Source: Marsupella aquatica (taxonomy: Eukaryota; Plantae; Marchantiophyta). From it: a stretch of DNA of 64,000 nucleotides. A model generated the notes under the pieces. The model did no database searches, was not told where the DNA came from, and was given only the letters and a program-made list of their open reading frames with translations. This document shows, piece by piece, positions 50,601 to 61,900 of this stretch (position 1 is the first letter of the stretch; each line of letters opens with the position of its first letter). The position numbers and the translations under genes are program-made. The DNA lies in contig OZ316898.1 in assembly GCA_973895155.1 (NCBI GenBank), forward strand, positions 16,847,420 through 16,911,419, given 5' to 3'.

Positions 50601-52681
50601 GAACGATGCCTTTCTAGTCGGTATTGCCGGGGGCTTTTCGCTACCGGGAATAACAGGTCTTGCATCAGTGCCCACAATGGACTGACGCATCGTGCATGCG
50701 ATTGAGGCGCTGCTTCAATTATTGATTCTGAAGTAATCTCAGTTAGCTGAGTCAGGGATTGAGCTTGCAGTCATAGTCACGGTGACTACTCCGTCGGGTG
50801 GGTCCGCTCGTGGATATATAGTTGTGTATGACTATTCCCTACGGTGGGGTCCCCTCTTGGTTGTATAGTTTTTTTGATAATTGCTATTCCCTACGGTGGG
50901 GTCCCCTCTTGGTTGTATAGTTTTGCTGATTGTTGCTATTCCCTATGGTGGGGTCCCCTCTTGGTTGTATAGTTTTGTTGATTTAGTCTGTGTCCTTGTG
51001 GATTTCTCGGAGATGGTGATGGGTTCATTATCACTTCACGAAGAGAAGTCGCCAGTTAGGTGCTTTCGCCTTTGTTAAGTATTAGGAGTTACTCAGTCTG
51101 AATTCACATGTTTCTCTAAATGTGGCGGAAGTGATGAGGTCTGATAATTTTCTTGGTCTCGTGCAGTTAATGGCGACGAATGTCTCATGACGAAGATGCA
51201 AGAAATGTCGTTGAACTTCCACTTTGAAGTGGAGCAAACTGTGGGATCTGCCGCGTACGCGTTCTTTGGGTTCAATGGTACAGCTGGAGTGTGGCGCATC
51301 CACGCCTTGAACGAAGCTGGAGGATGGAAAGACCGGACTACAGTGGAGGACATGGATTTGGCCGTGAGGGCCGGAATCAAAGGATGGAAATTTGTGTATC
51401 TCAATGATCTTCGGGTAAGTCAGCTTCATATCTTCCCGCTCGGATTCTCGCGCACGTCCTTCCATGTGTTTAGCTTGTGCTTCCATGTGGGAGGAAACTG
51501 AAATTGATATTCTATCTCCACAGGTGAAGAATGAGCTGCCAAGTACGTTCAAGGCGTTCCGTTATCAGCAGCATCGCTGGTCATGCGGGCCTGCGAACTT
51601 GTTCCGGAAGATTGTACCTCAAATTTTGGCCAACAAGGTACTGTCGATGTCCATGCCTTGCTGCATTGGCAGTACTACAGTTCAAGTGGCGTAACTTTCG
51701 GCTTGGATTTTTGGGAATTTCTAATTTCTCAACCAGTTGTCAGATTTTAATCGAAGGATTTGGCTGTCAATTTGCAGAAGCTGAAACCGATGAAAAAATT
51801 CCATATGGTCTACTCTTTTTTCTTCGTCCGCAAAATTGTTGCGCACATTGTTACCTTCGTCTTCTACTGCCTCGTCATCCCAACAGCTGTGCTCGTTCCT
51901 GAATGCAATTTGCCGCTATGGGGAGCAATTTACGTGCCCACCTTCATCACCTTCATGAATGCCGCAGCTACCCCTCGGTAAGATCCTCGGGATGTTTGGG
52001 TAGTGACTTCTATTAGTAGTGGCGTTGCACGTAGTTTCATCAATCATCTTAATTTCGAGTCATGTGATTGGGAATTGGCTTCTAACTGTGAAAATGTGCT
52101 ATCATTCAGGTCTCTGCACTTGCTCGTGTTCTGGATTCTGTTCGAGAATGTTATGTCCATGCACAGAACGAAGGCAACCGTTATTGGTCTCCTTGACGTT
52201 GGTAACGTGAACGAGTGGATCGTGACTGAGAAGCTTGGAAGTCTCGTCAAGTACAAGGCTGTGCCAAAGTCGGGCAAGAAATGGCTGTTCATGTCTCTCA
52301 TTCCCAGAGGTTTCAAAGTTGGAGAGAGGTAGGGAATTTTCATCCATCTTGAATTGCACTGGCATTGCGAAATTCTGTATAGGATCATCCGTCAGACCTC
52401 GAATTACGCTGAATTGCTTTGGAGGATTGTATGAAACATCTTTCCTCGAATTTCACTAATTGCTTAGACATGGAGAGCTCGGAAAGCTGAATCTAATCCT
52501 CCTTGTTTGAATTTGCAGGATTCATGTGTTGGAAATCGTCATGGCCACGTATCTCCTCTTCTGCTCATCGATAGACTACTTCTTCGCCGGCAAGAACCAC
52601 TTCTACGTATATTTGTTTCTCCAAGCTATGGCCTTCTACACCATGGGTTTTGGTTATATCGGTACTATTGTACCGTCTTAG
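47622..52681 (+). CDS. CSLA: Cellulose synthase-like A (glucomannan 4-beta-mannosyltransferase, GT2 family), 8 coding exons, 542 aa
   Basis: Exons 47622-47954, 48132-48230, 48582-48834, 51167-51414, 51524-51637, 51778-51977, 52110-52328, 52519-52681. All introns are GT..AG, phases are consistent, total 1629 nt. The translation has CslA hallmarks: [47 protein letters not shown] (DxD), [39 protein letters not shown] (QxxRW), EWIVTEKLG, and a hydrophobic C-terminus ending [11 protein letters not shown]. The start could instead be a downstream in-frame ATG (MAQS or MDQT). Confidence 0.97.
50786..50982. repeat. 52-bp tandem repeat (3 copies plus one degenerate) in CslA intron 3
   Basis: CTATTCCCTA(C/T)GGTGGGGTCCCCTCTTGGTTGTATAGTTTT starts at 50832, 50884 and 50936, with a degenerate copy at 50786-50831. 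Confidence 0.92.
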
Positions 52682-55643
52682 AATTTACTTTTCCCCCTTG
52701 GAGCTTTCCTCCAGCTACCGCACATAAGTCCAGTAGCTGGCTAGCTAGCTAGGTTGGTAACTCTGCCCGCACTTAAACTGTACATTGTCTGGGCATATTG
52801 CTTCCCGCCTACATGTGATCTCAGCCTCTTCATGTAATTCTTCTCCGTCCCATTGTGCAAGTGGATTTTTTTATAAAAAATTATTTCTTCTCCCAGTCAA
52901 GTTCAAGAAAACTGAAGAGAGCTACGTCTACGAACTAGACAACCCACGGAGAGGTCATTTGATGTTCCCACTTCGTTCCGTCTCATCCACTCATCCTCAA
53001 GGTCAGTGGCAGCCAGGGGTGCCCTCTTTGGTACCCATCAGCACCCGAGCTGAGCAGGTCGCAACATCCATCCGGCAGTCACTGGCAGTCATCGACCGTG
53101 GAGGGTTTTGCGGTTTGGTTCCACGTTTTCCCAAGTCGACGACGACGCCGAGTTGGGTATGGATTCGTTGTCAGCGGCACAAGGAGCTCCGAACAGGCAG
53201 ACTTGAGGATTCGTTGTTGAGACGGTTGTCGATCATCGTCTCGAGATCACAGGTAGAATCATAGGCAATTAACATTCGAGAAGTTGTAGAGCTGACGGAT
53301 TGTCGTGGACACACAATCCACGATGGAGAATAGTGGCACATGCGGCGGGCAACTGAACAACCTGGTCTGATACGCGATGGGTGAAATCTGTGGATCAAAA
53401 CAACACCTAGGATATAGATTACTCAACAACTTAGAGAAGTAGATGAAGAGTTGGTTGCCTTTTGTTGGTGAAAAACTCGAGAGTACTATTTAATCGCGCA
53501 GGAAGGTTCATTTAGCACTGGTGGAACTCGGCTTGTTGTCCAGTGGCTGGGCGTGTGTCGTGAAAAGTAACACTACAACAGCTATGTGGACTTCGAATTG
53601 CATTATAAATATGAGGAATGAAGCTGCATTCTCTCAAGAATAAGCGGGAACAGCAATTCGTTTACTTTCGCCCAAAAGTTTGGTATATATCTGCTTCGTC
53701 TGTCCCTCACTCTTGTGCAGTTTGATAAGTTCTTTGACTGGTGCCTGGCATAATCTTCTGATCTCTTGTTTATGTCGTAGCTTGGGAATCACACTGGAAC
53801 TGGGATAATAATAGATATACTCGACACTTCAAATGTTTCGTTATTGTATTTTTCGTACGATCTTAGGATGTATTTTTTAAACCCCAAGTCGCAGCTTTTA
53901 GGGTATCTAAAGACTACTTCCAGTGTAGGTCCTGAATTCTAGCAAGTGTCCAGTTAGAGAAATCTGGAGGCTAGGAGCAGAAAACTTTGGTTCCAAGCTA
54001 TGAACCGTAGGACCCTAAGAACAGAACGGAATCTTAAAAGTAAACTTTGCAGTGAAGCTATGAAACTACGCATCCGATAGAAAATAAAGGAATCTCATGG
54101 GTGCACTAGGGAAAAATGAGAGTAGACAGTGAGGGGGACCTGACATCAGCACCCAACTGAATCGTTGATTGAGTAGACCTTTCGTACTGTAGATCGTTGA
54201 AGTCACGTAGTGGACTAATTACGCAGCAATCATCACCTTTGAAAATAAAACATCAGACGGTATGTGGACGTTTTGCCGAAAGAAGTCCCGACAATTCAAC
54301 AACTGTGAGAGGTGCGTTTGTGGCCGATGAGGGATTTTCTGGTCTTCAGAGACTACCACCTCAGCATAAACGCAACATTCGCAAAAAGACGAAAGCGGAA
54401 TCAAAATCATGAGTTATGAGTTTTTAGGGAAAGAAACTAACGTCAGTCATGAGTGGTGGGGAGGGGAGTAGCACCCTCGCGAAGTATACAGGACAACAAA
54501 ACGCCACGAAAGTCATTTGGAGATGCGGAGTGAAGGGTTATCTATTAGAAGGCATAGATCGCTCCTTAGTACGAGAAATCCGCTGCTCATCTTGGTCAAT
54601 TGCAAGAAAATGACAGGTTAAGGAACTGATACTGTTCCCTACCGCGAAAGAGAAGTATAAACGAGAGCACGGGGAAAAGCTAAATATCCAACAAAGCTCA
54701 AAATGACAAGTGCGAGCAATGTGGATTATGCAGAGGAAAACAAGAGAAGCGAAGCTTGAAAGCAAGGGGGTAACTCAGAGCTGGGACTCCGAATAGTCTG
54801 CTTGTAAATGGAGATAAAACTAGAAAACGTTTCAAACCACAATTCAGAAACCCTGAACAGAGACCAAACCTGGGTTATTGCAGAGAGCATCGTAATTGTG
54901 ATGCTTTCATTGTTTTAAAACTATTTTGTGAAGGGTGTTTAAAACCAAAATGAGACGTGATATTGGAATGTGCATGTCACAGACCATTCTTAGAGATTGC
55001 ATATTTAGACAATCACTACTTTTACTATAATTAGCTAGCCAACAATTAGAGGGATCGAATGGGGGCAACATTACAGGGGTGATCAACGACTTTAGAAAAT
55101 GCAGACATGCCTCTACGCTGTTTAGGTTTGCCCACTGAATTTAGAGCACTTTGCTTAAGATCCCTCATACATCATTGCACTCAGTTATTATTTTAGAACT
55201 TTATAATTCTTCACGTCAATTTGCTTTTATTGACAGATTCCTACCAACATCCACATCAAATTCCATGAAGATGCAAAAAATATATTCATCAGAAATGGGA
55301 CATCGCATAATGATTTTGATGGAGATGCTAGAAAACATATGCATCAGAAAATGTTGAATTCTATGTTACAAGTTACACTAGGTTTATTTCAGACCTGAAT
55401 CTATACTCCCTGTGCCAGGAAATACTCTGGTAACACAACCTAGATTGTTCATGGAATTGCAAACCGGAACCTTGTCCCGTTGGCCCCCAAGCTGGTTTCC
55501 ACAAGGTGTGACGTTCAAGCAGCTAGTTAACAATACTTCGTCATGTGGACGACCAACTGAGGAAGTCACATCTCTAACATCTGGACGAAGTGGTATATAA
55601 CATAGAAAATACCCCTGCATACTTTCTGTACAATCATCTCAGG

Positions 55644-58380
55644 TTACCTGTATGCCCTGCTTGTCAAACCAATCCGAAAATAAGTGTAAGAAATTGTTAT
55701 GCGGTTGCAATAAACCGTTCAGGCAAAGACTAAAATAACCCTCAAACGTGTAAATCAGGTGCTTCGCATCTGAATTCCTCTGATGATAATTGTTGCCAAA
55801 ATAGACTTGTAATCACAGTCGCTAATTGAATGCAAAATAATGCATTGATACCTCCCATCTGGTCGTTTTTGTCCTTGAATTGTAATGCAGATGCTTCTGG
55901 GACCTCCATAGTTTCGATGCTCATTGAGCCATATACCCTTTTCAATTGAGAAAAACAACAGGATGAGAAAGAAAACGCAAATACTGCTCGTCTTTCTTGT
56001 ACGATGAATATTTGCCCCATAGCAGTCGTCGCTGAAAGTAGCTACGAGCTTCCTAGCTGAAAACGAGAACAGGAACCGGATGTGATCAAGTCTACCTGTA
56101 CTAGTAAACTCAGCAGCACATAAAGACTTCTTGATTGACTTCTGTGAGAATACTCACTAAACATCTCGGGTGAAAACACACGGGAGCCAACTTCAAGATC
56201 TAGCACTTTCTACATCTCACAATTTTAATGGGTACACTACCGTGGACCATATGATACTGGTGTCTACACATCTTAAAACAACGACAAAACCCCATTGAAC
56301 CTCAAACAAACCATGACTATACCTGCCAAATACCAAGATGAAGCCGGCCTGATTTGATAGGGATTGTCAGGGAGGAGCCCATCATGGATGCTTTGACATG
56401 AGCTGGTAATAAACCCGTATACAGTCACATCCCCAGATAAGGAAATTAGATCTTATTCAACCAGAGAAGTAGAATTCATCCAGGTGAGACTAGTTGACAG
56501 CCTTGATCGTACAGAATACTAGTCATGGCCTTGAAAAACTGATGCAATCTGCACAACAAAAAGAATTAATGACACACCTGGCATATCGTCGAAGCCCTCA
56601 TCCAAATGTCTGTAATGGTTTCCCTGCAAGAAGTGCAAAAACTAATTAAAATAAATAAACTCCAGTATCACCATCCATACTTCCAATCGACGCTACTGGC
56701 AAGAACATACCTCTGGCACAATTCGGTTAAGAGAGTCTTCCATATCTAGAGGCACATCAGGACTTGCATTCTCATTGATGGTCAGGCTGGCAGATGTGTG
56801 CATCACTGCATGCACAGCAAACAGGTCACTTAAGTTGTGCAATACGACTCTTATCAAACTTTGACAGAGAGAATGAGAATATTGGCCTGTTACCAAGCCA
56901 GAATGACACACCAAAACAAGAGGACTTAAAACTCTTCAAGGGTTAAGGGAAGATACAAGCCAAATCTGAAAACAAGCACTCACCAAATATGTGGGCAATG
57001 CCAACGTGAAATTGACCGATTTCAGGAACAGAACGATTAATATGTTGAGTTATAATATGACATCCCCTGCGCCAACATTGTCGGTGAAAAAGTATGGTGG
57101 GAAGATTGTGAGTGGGAGTCCTGATGTTTTAAACATTCTAACCTTGATGACCCAGGACATAGGACTTTCATTGCTTTTCTACGCCAGGGAAGACTCTGTA
57201 AAATTGGCCGCTAATGGGAAGCAAATGGTCCGCGAAGTTCGAATTGACTCAGAAGGGTAACGATGATAGTGAGAGGGTCTATCTTAAGTCCGGAAGCCGA
57301 CCTAATCGTAGTGCTTCAGAAAGCTAGGAGAGCCTATATGGGGAGCCAAACAATTGATCAATGGAGTTCGTAGCATAATCAGGAGTTCCCAGCTTACGTT
57401 AACAAAGCTCCTCAACAAGAAGAAAAGTAAATCATTTTCGTTCCGTAGAGTTTTGCTCACCTCTTAAAACTCGGGAGATCAACTGTTCTCTGCAGCCATT
57501 CAGTCTCTGTGGTCGTGGAAACTGTCACAAGAAACTGACGAAATCAAAATTCAAGCATGTCGAAAGGGAGCTACAGAATGATTCCCAGCACCAGAATGCC
57601 TTTTTATAATCCTTCATGTCTAGTGTTGAGAATCTTTATGAATCTCATGTACTTCCTGCACATTTCTTTGCTTTAACACACTCCAAATTGCAATCCGAAG
57701 GCGTTTCTGTCATCAATTCCTCTCCCACTAAAAACGACAAGGACTTCGGCGAAAGAAAGAGGACAGATTTTCCTACCAGTACCACTGCCTGCCTCACAAC
57801 GTACGCGCACGGAGAATTTGGGTTGGCCTCGCCCCACTCGAACCTAAAAAAAGCAAATCAAAGAAAAACTTTTAGAGAGAAAAGGATCCACAAGAACCCG
57901 ACAAGTCCCTCTGTGACTCTGCGATTGACTATTCAAGAGGTTTCAATGTTCTCCTCATCTCAATTGCCCGACAACATTCTTCTCAATTAAGCTTCCCAAT
58001 GTGAATTAGAGCATTTTTGTCAATGTAAAGTAGAGAATTCTTGTCGATGACAAAGTTATGCCTCAAATCTAACTCGCTAGAGATATCCATTTGTTCTGTT
58101 TCTACGCTAGATTCCTTGCTTGAAACCTTCATCTTCGCTTGGTCGCCTCTGTACGCACAGACATCTCGACCCAATTCTCAAAGAACCACTCCACCGAGAC
58201 ACACAGAAAGTTTGAGATTCTCACCGACGTGGGAGGCCCATTCGCCGAGAAAAAGGCGGTGGAAGACGCTGAATTGCTGAGGCCATTGCAAGTGCAGGTG
58301 TTTCGGTGCTCAGCAGAGAATTTGGGCGCAACGAAAGGCGCCGATGTGTAGCTCCGTGAGCACAATCCCGCCATGTCCAT
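55644..58380 (-). CDS. yjbQ: UPF0047/YjbQ family protein with a probable N-terminal plastid transit peptide, about 228 aa, 9 exons
   Basis: Minus-strand exons 58380-58225, 57843-57777, 57521-57461, 57066-56984, 56805-56711, 56623-56578, 56402-56323, 55937-55852, 55656-55644, all GT..AG and phase-consistent. Spliced protein: ...[22 protein letters not shown]...[88 protein letters not shown]... This contains the YjbQ motifs [19 protein letters not shown] and LG.WQGI.L.EHR. The N-terminus is Ser/Thr/Ala-rich with VRVRC-EA. The last mini-exon (R-AYR*) is uncertain; without that splice the frame reads to a stop at 55755. Confidence 0.92.
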
Positions 58381-58480
58381 GATTGTGTGAATTGAGTTTC
58401 TGAGTGATCAGCATGAAGACACTGAAGTAGTGACCCTAGAGAGAAACCATCACGTATAGGGTAATCACGATTTTGTGGTG

Positions 58481-58540
58481 GGGTTACTAGTTTGTAACCC
58501 TTGGGTTACTAGTTAACCTTGGGGTTACTAGTTTATAACC
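58481..58540. repeat. Three quasi-palindromic units of about 20 bp (GGGTTACTAGTT..TAACC) just upstream of the YjbQ start
   Basis: Units at 58481-58500, 58503-58518 and 58522-58540. Confidence 0.85.
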
Positions 58541-60440
58541 ATGTGACCAGAAAGTGAAGAAATCCTGATCCGGGGTAACCCGGGAAGTTTTTATGAGCTT
58601 TGTGGGAACAAGTTCCAGACTAGAACCGTAGCCCAAACAATCATTTTCATACTTAATACCTGCCCGAAAATAAGATTGGCAGGTACGATTTTTGGGGCAT
58701 AGGGTTATGGAAATGGTGGCACCTAGTAGAAAAGGTTATACACCTTTTCTTCCTGGCATGAATTATGATAGGTAACTCAGGGCCAATTTACACAACCTCT
58801 CCCCAGATGGAGGAATATAGGTCTACCCTGTTTGGAGGACATTGTGGGATTTAATGACCCTCAAAAGTAGAGAAGTGAGTCTATATGGAAAATTAATGCA
58901 CTCAGTAAAACAAAGAGAAAAATCACAAAATCTATATAGCCTCCCTTCTTTTGAAAAGGGATTATGCAAAGCATCCTAAATGTATTAACTGCAAAACCTA
59001 TTATGTTTTAACCAAGTTTTCAACTTACTAATGTTCTCATTAGCTGTTTACCTACATTTCAATTACCTAAACTGAAAACTCTGTGCACCTGAAAGAACTG
59101 AAAACATGCACGGAATGAAACAAATATTTACATCTAATAATGTGTTTGGAAATTTTGAGACCTCCGCGACGGCAAAGTATTCGAAGCGCTTATTGTGACA
59201 AGAGCAGTGCTCTCTGAAAAATAGGATTTCTCAATAATACCCTCTTTAATTAAAATCTGAGGTAGCTTTGCTGCAGCAAAATAAGTCAAAGCCCTTCTTA
59301 ACACAAGAGCCACACTCTATGGCAAATAGGATTCTGTCTATAGAGCAATGCTCAATGAAAATCAAGCTTTTCCCCCACTTTTTGTAGTGAAAATTGTTAT
59401 ATATATTGGGTTCACGGGTCATTGTGTTGCCCCCTTTTGTGGGATTTTTGCAATCTAATATAAACATAAAATATCCTTGAGGAAAAATTGAGTTAATTTG
59501 CTTTTGCTTATTGAACAAACAACCTGAGGCGCTATTGTGAAGAGCTTAGTCTACAAGGGAGTTTACACATAATTTTATTTACCATAAAGGCCAGATAAGC
59601 CTACAAATACTTACATACCTCACATATTTTATGTTTCTTATTGAACTCTAATTTGTTTTTTAAAGTGACTGGCTTGAGGGAAAAGAATATTAAGAGAATA
59701 CATAGAGGCTTGCAATCAATGCTGATCTGGCTGGTACATGGTACCTTTGGACAAAAATGGACAGTGGTGGTGCTTTGACAAAATACTTGTGGACAGGTGG
59801 ACAAAAGTGATGATCTGACAAGGTATTTTTGGACACAAGTGTAAAAAATAGTATCCAAACATATATGTGTGTTTGAGTCAAGTCCATCCAAGTTTGGTTT
59901 GTCCATGGGGGCTTCATAGACAACATAACAATCCATCCAGGATTTAAGTTCCAAAAAATCACTCAAAGTTTTATTTACATTAATGTCCTGGTTATGAGGA
60001 TAATGCCTCTCAAAACTTAGGCTACTGCCCTTGTTTTTTGGGGCATTATACGTTGGAATGCCCTCTAATGAGGACATTATCCTATTCAAAATGCTCCCCA
60101 AACAGGACCTTAGTACATGTATTAAACCACACGTGCCCACATAAAGGGGGGGTGTTTGACTAAAAAAATAGTGGGAACCACATGCCATCCAAAATAGATA
60201 ATTGAGATATAAATTAACTAAAATTTTATAAAGCATAGGAGGCAGAAGAAAGTATTATAAGCTCATATTTATACCCTCTAACCAATATACCCTTATACCC
60301 TCTAACCCATATGTGTGGCCTATGTTTCTCTTGTTGGCAAAAATCAGCTTAATTACACCTCACCTAATGAAGATGTGTAGTGTAACCCATCCACAAGAGG
60401 GGGTAATGATGTAATCCCAGAGGGCCAAGAGCCCAAGATT

Positions 60441-60694
60441 TTGCAATGTAACAATGAAGTGAATGGTTCAAAAATTGCACTTGGGCTTTAGGTTGGGTAC
60501 ATTATGGTTGGTACATTATGGTTCCAAGCAGGTTGCAATGAAACAATGAAGTGAATGGTTCAAATATTGCACTTGGTCTTTAGGTTGGGTATGGTTTCAA
60601 GCTGGTTGCAATGTAACTATGAAGTGAATGGTTCAAAAATTGCACTTGGGCTTTAGGTTGGGTACATTATGGTTCGTACATTATGGTTCCAAGC
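60441..60694. repeat. Tandem repeat, 3 copies of a 73-92 bp unit
   Basis: TTGCAATG.AAC.ATGAAGTGAATGGTTCAAA.ATTGCACTTGG.CTTTAGGTTGGGTA starts near 60441, 60533 and 60606. The middle copy lacks the internal CATTATGGTT duplication. Confidence 0.92.
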
Positions 60695-61900
60695 GACCCA
60701 GCAGCCAGTGTGTTTCGAATTCGTGTTGTTAAATGTAGCCTTTTAGATCAAGTTAGTAATAACTCAGTCAATTGGGGTCTTAGGCAAATCAAGGGCCCTG
60801 AACTTAGGCTTATGACATCGTTTTCTTAGGACAGTATTACGGGAATAAGGCCATACGATGGACAAACCAGTGGGCTTCGGCTCTTAATTTACGTGAGAGC
60901 AGCGTCATATTTGCTCACAACATGGAAAAGGGGCTTCCCTTTGGAAAGAAGGAATGTATTGGAATCCACAGGGAACTTCACTCGTCGTCTCTCAACGGTA
61001 ACGAATAGTAACATTACATTGTGAGGGGGCAGAGACTGAAAAATCTCGTAGAATTCACATTATCTCTGCTTTCTAGCTTGTACAAATAAGCTCGAATCCT
61101 AATTTTATCCAGGGTTGGCCAAATTGGTACTAACTTCATCAGGCAGCTGAAAATCTTGCGTTAGTTTAGATGTCCGTTTCCTCAGCAATCATCAATTATT
61201 TCTTTCCTGTAAGACGTCAGACTAGAGAAGAAACGTCTGCATAAGACCTGAGGCAAACAGGGAACTGTCCATGAGGCAGACAAAAATTACGACAGAAGGA
61301 AAATGACAAGTCAATGGAAGACTTGAGACCTCCATGAGATAGTCAGATCAGGTAGGGAAACTGACAAGGTCCAATTTGGCCTGTCACGTAGTCCGATTTC
61401 CGTCCCAGCTGGTCTATTGCACAGATCTTCATGACAGACCCACAAGAGACATTGACACGTCAAGACTTCGGCTTTTTTCTCCCGCTCCTCTTCTGACATT
61501 TTGCGTCGTCGAGGAAAACTCTTTCTCTAATGAGATGTCTCTTTAACTGACACGTACTAATACTCCGGATCATCTGGGTTGCAGTGAAAATTTTCCACCA
61601 AAGAGATGAGCTCTACAAAACCTGAAGCCAACTCTAACGTAGAAACAACTGCCAACATTATTGCACGCACAGTGCAGCGGCATCATCGTCTGTACTCTCT
61701 TGAATCATGAGGAGTATTAATGCACAACTTCCCAGTTGGATGAACCCTTGGGGGACTCCTCACATGGCACTTCTTCATGTATCGAAACTTCCTCATCATG
61801 GAAGTTTTTCAAGAAAAGCTCCTTTTCTTGCATTGTTCTGGAACAATAGCTTGAATGAAAAAGAACCATCCAAAAGGACCAAGAAAGAGTTCTGTATACT

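Noticed and set aside
50832-50982. CRISPR-like appearance of regularly spaced repeats (also 60441-60694 and 24128-24229)
   Set aside because: Units are contiguous with no unique spacers, there are no cas genes, and the context is a eukaryotic intron or intergenic region.
47766-52388. Antisense ORFs over CslA exons
   Set aside because: Shadows of the sense coding exons, with no independent evidence.
59601-60236. 211-aa minus-strand ORF between YjbQ and the next gene
   Set aside because: AT-rich and CpG-depleted with no recognisable domain. It is more likely a chance ORF or TE remnant.
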